A stretch of 64,000 bases of DNA from the NCBI RefSeq assembly GCF_046119375.1, contig NW_027362773.1, positions 212,040,001 to 212,104,000 of the forward strand. The letters are read 5' to 3'. The DNA comes from Phyllobates terribilis (lineage: Eukaryota). Shown piece by piece: positions 23,823 through 35,800 of this stretch. Below the pieces are notes generated by a model that was not told the DNA's origin, did no database searches, and saw only the letters and a list, made by a program, of their open reading frames with translations. Numbering within the stretch: position 1 is the first letter of the stretch; every line of letters starts with the position of its first letter. The position numbers and the translations under genes are program-made.

Positions 23823-26800
23823 GTGGGTACCATCAGGCGGCTGTCACTGAGGCTGGGTGTGCGGCTTCTACAGGTGGGAATGAAGAGTGACCGTGATGTG
23901 CGACAATATCTGCAGCAGAGGAGGGCGGCCATCCACAGCTGTAAGTTATAGGGTATAATGGGGTCCCGGTATATGGCCGCTCTCCTGGCTGCCCCTGATA
24001 CTCAATTGTCAGGGTCTCCCAAAAGTGACCCAGGTAGGTAAGGACATCCGATGACCAAGTCAGGGATGGTTAACAGGTATTCCCATCTCCAAGATCCTAT
24101 CCCAATACATATTAGGTGTAACAATAAGAATATTAGCAAACACCTCCAATTAGCAATGTAGTCCAGTTCTTCTGATTAGCTATGCCACTTGTGCAGGGCA
24201 TTGTAGTAGATTGGGTTATGACCACTCATATAGTGACAGTTGCTAGTGGTCATAACCATGGATACCCAATGCCCTGCACATGGTGTAAGTGACATGGCTA
24301 ACCAGAAGAACTATACTACATTTCTAATTGGAGGTATTTGCTAATATTCTTATTATTACACCTACTTCATATTGAGATGGGAGTACCCCTTTAAGGCTCA
24401 TAGTGTCTGATCACACAAAAGTTATTGTAAAGCAAATTGCTGAAATATTTCCTGCTGTCTATGGACCTAGAAAGGTGTCAGATCCCACCGAGCGTCTCCC
24501 CTGTGTAGTGACAGATCGCTCAGAGTGCTCATACTGACCCCTATCCATCACCAGAAATGGGCACGTGATCATCATCCCTGGAGCATGGAGGACGGCGGCC
24601 GGGTCTGAGGAATCGTGAACGGCCGTCACTATCTAAGGAAGAGATGGCAGCAGGATGCGCTATGGGAAAAGAAGACGATCCGGTGGAGGCAGAGTGATGG
24701 CCGATGTCCTGCTGGGAACCTTGTGTCCTGGAATCATGTGGATGTGACACGTACCTCCTACCACATTGTACAGACCCAGGACCCCAGTGAAGGCATTCCC
24801 TAATGGCAGAGCAGCTTTCTTCAGGGTAATGGTTCTTCAGAAAAGGAGGAACAAACCAAAGAGATGAATGTGATGACTCGTCTCCAAATTCCGTCACGTG
24901 CTGGAAAATGAGTCCAATCCATGGAGGCCTCACCAAGACATGGATAGGATTTGGTGTGAATGTCTGGATGCCAGATACTACAGGACACCTTCAGAGACTA
25001 TGAGGCAGGTCAAGAGGAACCTGCACAATATGAGGCAGGTCAAGAGGAACCTGCACAATATGAGGCAGGACAAGAGGAACCTGCACAATATGAGACAGGA
25101 CAAGAGGAACCTGCACAATAGGAGGCAGGACAAGAGGAACCTGCACAATAGGAGGCAGGACAAGAGGAACCTGCACAATAGGAGGCAGGACAAGAGGAAC
25201 CTGCACAATAGGAGGCAGGACAAGAGGAACCTGCACAATAGGAGGCAGGACAAGAGGAACCTGCACAATAGGAGGCAGGACAAGAGGAACCTGCACAATA
25301 GGAGGCAGGACAAGAGGAACCTGCACAATAGGAGGCAGGACAAGAGGAACCTGCACAATAGGAGGCAGGACAAGAGGAACCTGCACAATAGGAGGCAGGA
25401 CAAGAGGAACCCGCACAATAGGAGGCAGGACAAGAGGAACCCGCACAATAGGAGGCAGGACAAGAGGAACCCGCACAATAGGAGGCAGGACAAGAGGAAC
25501 CCGCACAATAGGAGGCAGGACAAGAGGAACCCGCACAATAGGAGGCAGGACAAGAGGAACCCGCACAATAGGAGGCAGGACGAGAGGAACCTGCATTGTA
25601 TGAGGCAGGTGGGGTTATTGTTAAGGCTGATCACTGTATACTAATCTCCATTGTAGCCTCCTATGCAGGGAGAATGTTGCATTATGTGGTGCCACATTTT
25701 CCAGTTTCATGAATAGCAATGCACAGCAGCATTTTAGGAATTGGGGATGGAAGTCAATTTGTGTTAAAGGTCTTGAAAACAAATGTCCAATTCTTAAGAA
25801 ACATCAGAAGACGCTTAAAGGGATAGCACATGATTAGCTGCATGTGGAATGTATTAGTTCCACAGTGGATTGAGAATTGCGGACGTCGTCCCGGCTCGTT
25901 ATCTGAATAAGTTCTGTGGTTCCCTCTTTTACCAGGGGTCTAATTTCTGGGAGCCCACCAGTTCTGAAAATGCAGCACTGAGTCCTCTGCAGTTTTTCTG
26001 TGTTAGGCATCGCTCGGCTGTGCAGGAATCTGCAGGAGTCCACGTTCACTTGGATGGAGTCACACTGCAGCAGGTGGTCATATATGCCCACGTGCAGAGT
26101 AAAAAACTGTTAAAGGGAAGCAGCGCTGCAACCCCTTTATTCTCAGCGTCAATGAAGGGGTGGGAGTCCCAGTGATGGCATACCCCTAGACTTCTGAGGA
26201 CCATTGACGCCAGTAGATTGCGGCACCAGACATGGTTGGCAGCCTCTCGTCTTCTTATTCTGTAGAAATAACATGTACTTGGCTGTCGCCCAATGTGCCT
26301 GGTATTGAGTCATCACTTATAAGCTGAACCTTGGTCCTCTGCTCACTGGCCATCTTAGAGTCCTGAGTGATAAGAAAGGTGCTGCGATCCTGCTAGGACT
26401 TCAGTTTTGTCATAAAACACAGGCACAACACAGAGTACCTATAAGATTTATTTAAGGAATTAAACTATGGGGTGATCAAAGATCAGAAGAAGACTGAGTG
26501 GCTGTATACTGTGTCTGGCATCCAACTGAAAAGCACATATGGGAGGAACACTGACTTAAGGCTCCTTTAGCTGGATGCCAGGCATAGTATGAGCTTTCGT
26601 TCTCTGCATTTTAGAGGATCCCACCTCCCCCAATTTATCTAAAGTAGCAGTGTGTCCTGACAAGAGGGCAGTAGTGTCTGAAAGTGGAGAAGAAATGCAA
26701 TGCTGCCATTGTAATAACTTGTCAGATTTCTAGACTTGGAGGACCACAGATCCTATAGGCAAAGGCGATAAATTATTAAACAGGTTAAGTATGGCTGATG

Positions 26801-29800
26801 GACGAAATGTGACAGTACAGTCCTATTGTGGTAATCTGACCGGAATGTGATCCTAAGAGAAGCGGCTTATATCCAAAATGGATTTAGATTCTCACAATCC
26901 TGTAGGACACAACGACCCCTGAAATTCCTGTGCAGAGCTTTGTGCGCAAAAGAGGATCTGTTACCAGAAAGGACCTAGGTGCATGTATGGGGAAGACTAT
27001 TAAATCTGTCACCAGGAAGGCACATGGCTGTGAGAACATCTATAGGATCTGTCACCAGGAAAGTACATAGTTGGGAACGTATGTAGGATCTGTCACCAGG
27101 AAGGCACATGACTGTGGTAACATATGTAGAATCCGTCACCAGGAAGGCACATGACCGTGGGAACGTATGTAGGATCTGTCACCAGGAAGGCACATGACTG
27201 TGGGAACGTATGTAGGATCTGTCACCAGGAAGGCACATGACTGTGGGAACGTATGTAGGATCTGTCACCAGGAAGCCACATGACTGTGGGAACGTACGTA
27301 GGATCTGTCACCAGGAAGGCACATGATTGTAGGAACGTACGTAGGATCTGTCACCAGGAAGGCACATGATTGTGGGAACGTACGTAGGATCTGTCACCAG
27401 GAAGGCACATGATTGTGGGAACGTACGTAGGATCTGTCACCAGGAAGGCACATCAATGGCGACATCTATAGGACCTGCCATGATGGGTCATCCACACAGC
27501 AGCCCTGCACACTGACTAGTGGCGGCTGGCGAGTACTGCAGTTTATCTCCCATTCAAGTGAATAGGACTGAGACACAACCAGAACTAAAAGTGCAGAGTT
27601 GTGCCTGGCAAACAATAAAGGTGGCAGCCCCTTCAATCTACTGAGTGCCTGTTGAGATTAGATCCCCACCCACTGATCCAACATTAATGATCTTTACGAA
27701 TGGTGGGCTATTCATTTTTAAAGCAGAACACATGGTGGCTATTTGGCCCTGGGCGGCTACTGACAGGATGTTCCTGCGTGTTTGCTGAGTACATGGTACT
27801 CTTGTGGCTTTTTGGCTACTCCTGCCCGTTTGACTGGAGGTAAGAAAAATTTCTTGTGTCCGGGTGTTGGTATATGATCATATTTAGGTCTCTATCTCAT
27901 AGGTGAAGCTTACTTCCTATTTATTTCCTCTGCTTCGGTGACTGCTGTTTGGCTAGAATTCTCCTCCATGCTTTACACTGCAGCTCCTGTACCCATCAGA
28001 ACGAACATAATGGGTAGAAATAGATTTATCCAACTCCTCCAGTTTATGCAAAGTCAGATGTCATGTGACCTGTTTCTGATCTGCTGATTGACAGGTAAGG
28101 CTGACGGAAGGACATCTGTTCAGGCCATATTCACATGGATATGAATCCTGGACCCCCTATTGATCTGATCCCCCAGGGCTAGCTGAACTGTAGGTCTGGG
28201 AGGATCAGATCAGCAATCTGCCCGTGTTATGACACTTTGGCCACATCTGCAGCTTTTCTGTTACCAGTTAGTAACTTGAAGGATCAAAGGTTGCTGCTCC
28301 ATGTATTATCACTATTGTGGGCTGCTGCCAAGTTTCAGCCTCTTGGCTCATGATAAAAGCTGTGTGCCTGACGAGTGGACCGGCAGCCGTGCTCACTGGT
28401 GTCCGGTGCCCTGACTTGTTGATTAAATGATCAAAGAGATTTTGTTCTTTATTGCTTTTACGGAGGGTGTAAATATCATACCAATCAAAATTTACTTAAA
28501 GGGCAGCTATGCATTTTGCACGCTACTTAAAGAAGCACTCTTCCTCCCATCAATATTTGTGTCACCTTTATATATTGCAAACATATTATATGGCACTGTG
28601 CACTTACAATTGCTCATTTTGCCTTTCTACCCAGCTAATTCTGTTTTCTCTGCTCTATGTAGAAACAGGAAGTGTCTTGTCCTTGCAGAATTCATTCCCC
28701 TCTTCAACTCCTGACCCAGCTGCTCCATCCTCCCCCCTGCCATTGACTTTTGCAGTAACTTATGAGTCATACAGTGTAATCTGACCTCCTTTTTCCACAT
28801 GGAGCTTATGATTCATATAGTCCATTTTTTAAAGGGAACCTGTCACCAGAAATAACGCTGTTAACCAGCCCGGCGCCTTCACGTAGCCGAATACAGCAGG
28901 GAGAAAATGAACTTTATTCTTCCCACCAGCATTTGGTTTCAGTCAGGGGGTCAGGGGCTGCACTTGTTTAATGAGAATACAGAGCGTTGGCTGTAACCGC
29001 ACCCCCGGCCCTGATGGCAGCCGGCCCCAATGCAGAGTGAGTGTCAGTCAGGGCCGGGGCCGCGGTTACAGCTGCGCTCTGTATTCTCAGAGCGGTGACT
29101 GCACCAGAGCAGCAGCCGGGTAGCACAATAACGCTATTAACCTACAGATTAACCGCATATCTGCAGGTTAATAGCGTTGAACCTCTGTTGACAGGTTCTC
29201 TTTAATCACGTGATGTCATAAAGCTAATGGAAAAGAGAAGAATTAGCTGGGTAGAAAGGCAAAATGAGCATTTGTAAGTACACAGTGCTATATAATATAA
29301 TGATTGCAATATATTAAGAGAATAAAAAATTTGATGGCAGAGCTTCTCCAATATTAGTTATTCATTGCTCCATTTCCAAAGCCACAATTTTCTTACTTTT
29401 CCAGTGTGAAATCTCTGAGGGCTTGTTTTCTTTCTGGTTTCTCTTGTGCTCACCCTTACTCTCTCTTGGCTTTCCCTGCGCTTGACCTCCCTCTCTCGCT
29501 TCTCCTGCCCCTTGTCCCCCTCCCTCCATCTCAGTCTCTCCTGCGCTTGACCCTCCCCCTTTGACCACCATCACCCTCTTGGCCTCCTCTGCCCCTTTTT
29601 TTTTTTTTTTTTTTTTACCTTGGTCTCTCCTGTGCTATGACTCCTCTGCCCCTTTTTTCCTCCTCCTCTGCCCCTTTTTTCCTCCTCCTCTGCCCCTTTT
29701 TTCCTCCTCCTCTGCCCCTTTTTTCCTCCTCCTCTGCCCCTTTTTTTCCTCCTCCTCTGCCCCTTTTTTTCCTCCTCCTCTGCCCCTTTTTTTCCTCCTC

Positions 29801-32800
29801 CTCTGCCCCTTTTTTCCTCCTCCTCTGCCCCTTTTTTCCTCCTCCTCTGCCCCTTTTTTCCTCCTCCTCTGCCCCTTTTTTCCTCCCCCTAATGGGCCAA
29901 CGCCCTCCTCCTCACTTGGCCTTACCTGCCTCGCAGCCTTTTCTGCGCCCTCGACTTTTCCTGTTCTCCACCACAAACAGCGCCACTCTCAATCGTACAG
30001 CTCTTGGAAGAACATAATACTCCACTTTAAGGTGTTCACAGACCTCCTATTATAATGGGCAAGGATCGGATCCCTTAGCTGAATATTGCCAATCTCACTG
30101 CTATATTCATTACACGTGGCATGCCGTTCTCAACTATCGCCACATGAGGGCGCTATGAGCCTGTCAACTCTTTAACAACTATTTTCCTCACTTGGCACCC
30201 GTTTTACCCATGGAATAGTAAACTGCCCAAAGGGAGGGTGGACTGCTACTTTCGACAGGGTGAAAAGTTCGTCATGCCATGCCCCGTATGTTGCGTTCAC
30301 ACAGCAGTAAATTGTGTGCGTGCGCAACAGATCTCTTATGACATCAATTATAGAGATGATTCTACTAAACAGAGTCCCACGCGCTCCGAGCTGCTTTATT
30401 CTGTTTCGACCTTGTCATTATGAACATATTATTGGGGTGTGGTACATCAGGTGGTTCTATTGTGCGCACAAATTGTTATTTATGTCTTTGTGTGTATTTT
30501 TAACTGCTTCAGGATCATTTCATGATGGGCAGTATTTCCGAATTGGACGCTGGTATAAAATACGTCCTATATTGCAATTTATCTAAAACCTTTAATATTT
30601 AAGGATTTGTCCGAGACTTAAAATAAATGTCATATCAGGTTGTAAAATAAAAGCCATTCTGACTTGTTAACCCCCCCATTCCAGCTCTGGCGGTCATGCT
30701 GATCCTTGACGTGTACTGCTGTTGTGGTGCGCTGTACATGCTTATGTGACCGCTGCAGCCAAAAACGTTGGAGGAGGCCAGATCTCAGGATCATGGGTGG
30801 TGATGGTCTGATAGACCGGACCTCCATCAGCCTTTAAAATTAGCAGTGATTCAGCTTGTCAGAAAGAGAGGAGCTGCAGGTGCCGGAATGTCCTGCAGCT
30901 TTCCTCCCTTCATCATCAGCACAAAATTTACCAATTTTTAAATGGAGAGAAAAAGTGGCTTCTCAATGTGTTAACTGCTTTCCAACCCCTGTCATTTACC
31001 CTGGATGGCGCCTGTATCATGTTGAAAGTTGCTGCCAAAAAATATGGTTTTCATACCTCTTCCCTTGCCAATTGTCACAATCGCTTCTGCTCTGAAAGCG
31101 AGCAATTTAAGTTGTAGAAGACATTAATTGGGGGGTGGAGAAGGTCAGATCACGTCAGATTTACTCGCCCTGGGCTTGGTCATGTGATCTCACATCCAGA
31201 ACAACTTCCAACTTTCACTGTAATTTTTCTTGCAACATTTCTTCCCTCCTTCAGGCATCGATACTCACGACCTGCAAAATATACCTTACATATGTGATGG
31301 CAATTTAGTGTCCCTACGGGAAAACATCAGATATTAGAGCAGGGTGATTTTCTCCTTTTTGCAACAGCAGCTCACATTTCACTTCTGTCTGATCTGTTGC
31401 AATGTATCAGTGTAGATGGCACTTCGGGTGTTTAGACTGGAGACGTTGCAGCAAACCATCAGCTGTGGCTATGAGGCTATGTTCACACGTTGCGTTTTTG
31501 CTGCGTGTTTTTTTTCTGCAGGCAAAACTTGCTCTCTTGGCAGTAAAGAAGCGGTTTACAAAAAGCAGGTTTTCCTACGTTTTTTGCTGTGTTTTTCAGG
31601 ATCCCAAAGTTCAGCTTTGCTTCCACCACAGAAGCATGAACAATTCAAGGTGTTAGGTCACCAATGCAAGATGTATATGTGAAACCATAAAACCATTTTT
31701 GGTAAAAAGAGCAATTTGATGAAATTATTTAGTTGAAAAAGATTTTTATGTCTGAAAAAAGTTCATATGAGTTCATGAAAAAAATACACAATTAGAAATG
31801 TAACAGTGGGAGGAGTTGAATTGGTCAGGAATAGTTTACCTAAGACATTGGCAGAGCATTGAGTTTGTAGGACACAGTTTACTATCACACTTTGGTGGGC
31901 CCTTGAGTTGGTCAGGTATTGTTCAATTTCACATCACACCTTGGTCAGCCAATGTTTACTTTAACACCTATCACTAATTTAAATAAACTACTAATCCTAA
32001 CAGCCATTCTTAGGTGAGGAGACCAAGACATTATGGTTTAAACTTGGGAAAATCACAAAAATAAATGGATTTCACATAGTGCTGTACATGCTTTTTTTCA
32101 TTAAAAATGCAGCAAAAACTGATAGCAAACTTTTTGCTGTTTTTTTTTCTTTTTTTTGCATTCTCTATGGGTGAAAAAATGCTGCAAAAACACTGAAAGT
32201 GACATTCAGCAGTTTTCCAATTCGGTCAGGAAAAAAAACTGTGTGCATGAGATTTCTGAAATCTCATAGCTTTTGCTGGTACTGTAAAACTCCCCTTTTA
32301 ATTAGCATAAAAAATGCAACGTGTGAACATAGCCTACATTGCTTTTTTGCTGCTTTTTTTTTCTGCAGCCAAAACCAAATCTATTGGTAGTGTAAAAAAA
32401 AAAAACTAAAAAAAACTGCACACAAAATTCAGGTTTTGCTGCTTTATTTGTTGAGTTTTTCAGGATCCCAAAGTTCAGCTTTGCTTCCACCTTGCAAGTA
32501 TGAACAATACAAGACCTATGTGAAGTCATAAAATATTTTTGGAAAAAAGGGTAGTTTGATCAAATTATGTAGTCGAAAAAGCTTTTTATGAAAAATAGTT
32601 ACTATTCTGAACAAAAAAGTTCATGAAAAAATACACAATTGCAAATGTAAAAACTGCAGGGGGAGTCAAATTGGTCGGGCATTGCTTACCTAGCACATTG
32701 TTGGTTGGGCATTGAGTTGGTTGGGCATTGAGTTGGTTGGGCTTTGTTTACTTTCACACATATCACTAATTTAATTAAACTGTACTAACACTAACATCCA

Positions 32801-35800
32801 TGTTCATGTGAGGACACCAAGACATTATGGTTTCAACTTGGGAAAATCACAAAAATAAATGGGTTTCATATCCTGCTGTACCTGCACTTTTTCACCAAAA
32901 ATGCTGCAACAACTGATGACAATGTTTTTGCTGCTTTTTTTTGCACTTACCCATTGCTTTCTATGTGTGAAAAAAAACACTGCAAAATCACTGAAAGAAT
33001 TGACCTGCTGCAGATTTCAAAAACGCAGCAGTTTTCCAATTCAGTCAGAGAAAAAAAGAGAACAAGCGAGCGCATGAGATCTCTGAAATTTCACAGCTTT
33101 TGCTGGTACTGTAAGAAGCAGCTTTTAATTTTGCAAAAAAAGCAGTAAAAAAAAGTAGCAAAAAACGCAAATTGTGAACATAGCATTATACCTGTACAGG
33201 TTTTTAGGACCTGGATGTCCAGAAGAATGTTTTCATTCACTGCTAGTAGGCCGAGACCTGTAAATTTAAACAGAGAAAAAGTTTTGAATTAGTTCATAGG
33301 AATGGCCTTTCATGCTTAATGGGTGGGGTGTCCAGTACTTGTGGGGGGTCAGACCTTCACAAAAGCGTGATCTCATGAGAGCAACCCCTATCCCAATGAT
33401 ATTTTACCCTGATGAGGCGCACTATATAGCCCCTTGGTGTTTACAGTATGGCATCACAATTGTATGTCTGATGCAATGTGTTGGCATACTGAGAAATACT
33501 TCACATCCCCCCCCCCCCTTGTTTAATTGTGGGTGATAATGGGAGTGGAAATGTAATGATTTCATATGTAGATGATTCACATCGTTGTGTTCAGATGGTA
33601 TAGGATCACACCGCGGGTACCGGCAGGCGAACACCGATTTCAGGAAATAACTTATCTGTGCTTCATTTACAGTAATGATGATGTGATCAGCTCCAAAAAA
33701 AATCTGATCTGCACCGTTCCACTTGTAGCTGTGGTATAGTGAATGATCTCCCTCTATATCCAAAGTGCTATAACCGCATGGCCAAATTCTGTATACTGCA
33801 TATAAAATCAAATCTACTAAGAATACTCTGTGAGCTAAGCTGTTGCAATTCATCAGGCTCATGTTACATCCTGTATTATATTCCAGAGCTGCACTCACTA
33901 TTCTGCTGGTGCAGTCACTGTGTACATACATTACATTACTGATCCTGAGTTACATCCTGTATTATACTCCAGAGCTGCACTCACTATTCTGCTGGTGCAG
34001 TCATTGTGTACATACATTACTGATCCTGAGTTACATCCTGTATTATACTCCAGAGCTGCACTCACTATTCTGCTGGTGCAGTCACTGTGTACATACATTA
34101 CAGTACTGATCCTGAGTTACGTCCTGTATTATACTCCAGAGCTGCACTCACTATTCTGCTGCTGCAGTCACTGTGTGCATACAATACATTACTGATCCTG
34201 AGTTACATCCTGTATTAAACTCCAGAGCTGCACTCACTATTCTGCTGGTGCAGTCACTGTGTACATACAATACATTACTGATCCTGAGTTACATCCTGTA
34301 TTATACTCCAGAGCTGCACTCACTATTCTGCTGGCATAGTCACGGTGTACAGTCATGTTCATCATTATTGGCACCCATGAAGTTTATGTACATAATGTGG
34401 AATATCTCCTGGAAAAAAATGAATCAAGTGAAACAGTTTTTTTGTATAGAGTACTCGTGTTAAATACAAAAGAGCAAATGAAAAATAATATTTAAAAACA
34501 AAAAACAATGGGAGGGAAAAATGGAAAAACCTAAAGCTTGCTGTGACACTGGTATTGGCACCCTTTAAATTAATTTAGTATGGAAACAGATTTTGACTCG
34601 CCTGTGGTAATTCTCAAGAGATTCACCTGTGATTAATTGTCGGTGCTCATGTGACTTGAATTAGCCAATGAATGATGACTTCAGTGTTTTAAAAAAGCCA
34701 CATGGTAGGCCCTGTTCCTTTGTCACAATGGTGAAGACAAAGGAGCTGTCTGAGGACATCGGAACTGCTATTATTAGCAAACACAAGACTTCCAAAGGGT
34801 ATGAGGCCATCTCCAAAGACCTTGGTATCCCAGTTTCAAAAGTGCACAATGTTATTAAGAAGTTTGTCAAGCATGGAACCGTCAAGAGATGTCTTTAAAG
34901 GATGGTGCGAATGGTGGAAAAAACACCACGTCAAACATCTGAAGGCCAGCCTGGAACAGTCTGGGGTCATGGTTTCAACAAGTACCATACGCCGCACACT
35001 AAACCAAGCAGAGCTTTATGGGCGAAGGCCAAAGAAGAAATCATTGCTGAAGATATGACATAAAAAGGAACAACTGATCTTTGCCAAAGAGTACCTTGGC
35101 AAACCATAATCCTTCTGGACACCTGAAACAAAAATAGAGCTTTTTGGCAATGCACAACAACATTTTGTTTACAGACAGAGCAATGAAGCTTATAAGGAAA
35201 AGAACACGTTACCAACAGGTAAACATGGTGGAGGATGCATAATGCTGCGGGGTTGCTTTGCTGCCCATTGTCCTGGAGGCCTTGACCTTATCACAGGAAT
35301 CATGAAATCAGAGAATTATCAAGAGATTTCAGAGCGAAATGTCCTACCGAGTGTAAGAAAACTTGGTTTGAGCTGAAGATCATGGGTCCTCCAGCAAGAC
35401 AATGACCCAAAGCACACATCCAAAAGTACACAGGAATGGTTGAAAAAGAAAAAAATGGTCTGTTTTAGAATGCCCAGCAATGAGTCCTGGCCTCAATCCC
35501 ATTGAAAATCTTTGGGGTGAGCTGAAATTTGCCATTGGGAAAAAGAACCCTGCAAACATTCAAGAGCTTGAACCAACTGCAAGGGAAGAGTGGGAGAAAA
35601 TTCCAGCTGAGAAGTGCAAGAAGCTTATAGATGGCTACAAGAAACGTCTGGAGGCTGTCAGCAATGACAAAGGGTGGGCAACCAAGTATTGATTAGGGGG
35701 GCCTTTATTGCTGCACATGCTGTTTCTTTGTTGAAATTGCAAAATAGAAGTTGAAAAACAATGTTTTATTGTTGTATTACTTTGGACCACTAATTAAAAA

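Noticed and set aside
24898-25644. 248, 218 and 201 aa repetitive ORFs
   Set aside because: Products of a 30-bp unit that keeps frame; no independent coding evidence.
25834-26091. Weak resemblance of [13 protein letters not shown] to a Harbinger nuclease motif
   Set aside because: Single short patch with no supporting motifs.
29561-30055. Low-complexity Phe/Pro/Ser and Lys/Glu/Gly ORFs
   Set aside because: Derived from the pyrimidine repeat.
30140-30155. CTCF-like CCACATGAGGGCGCTA
   Set aside because: Two mismatches in the central (C/T)AG; single copy; cannot be supported without scoring.
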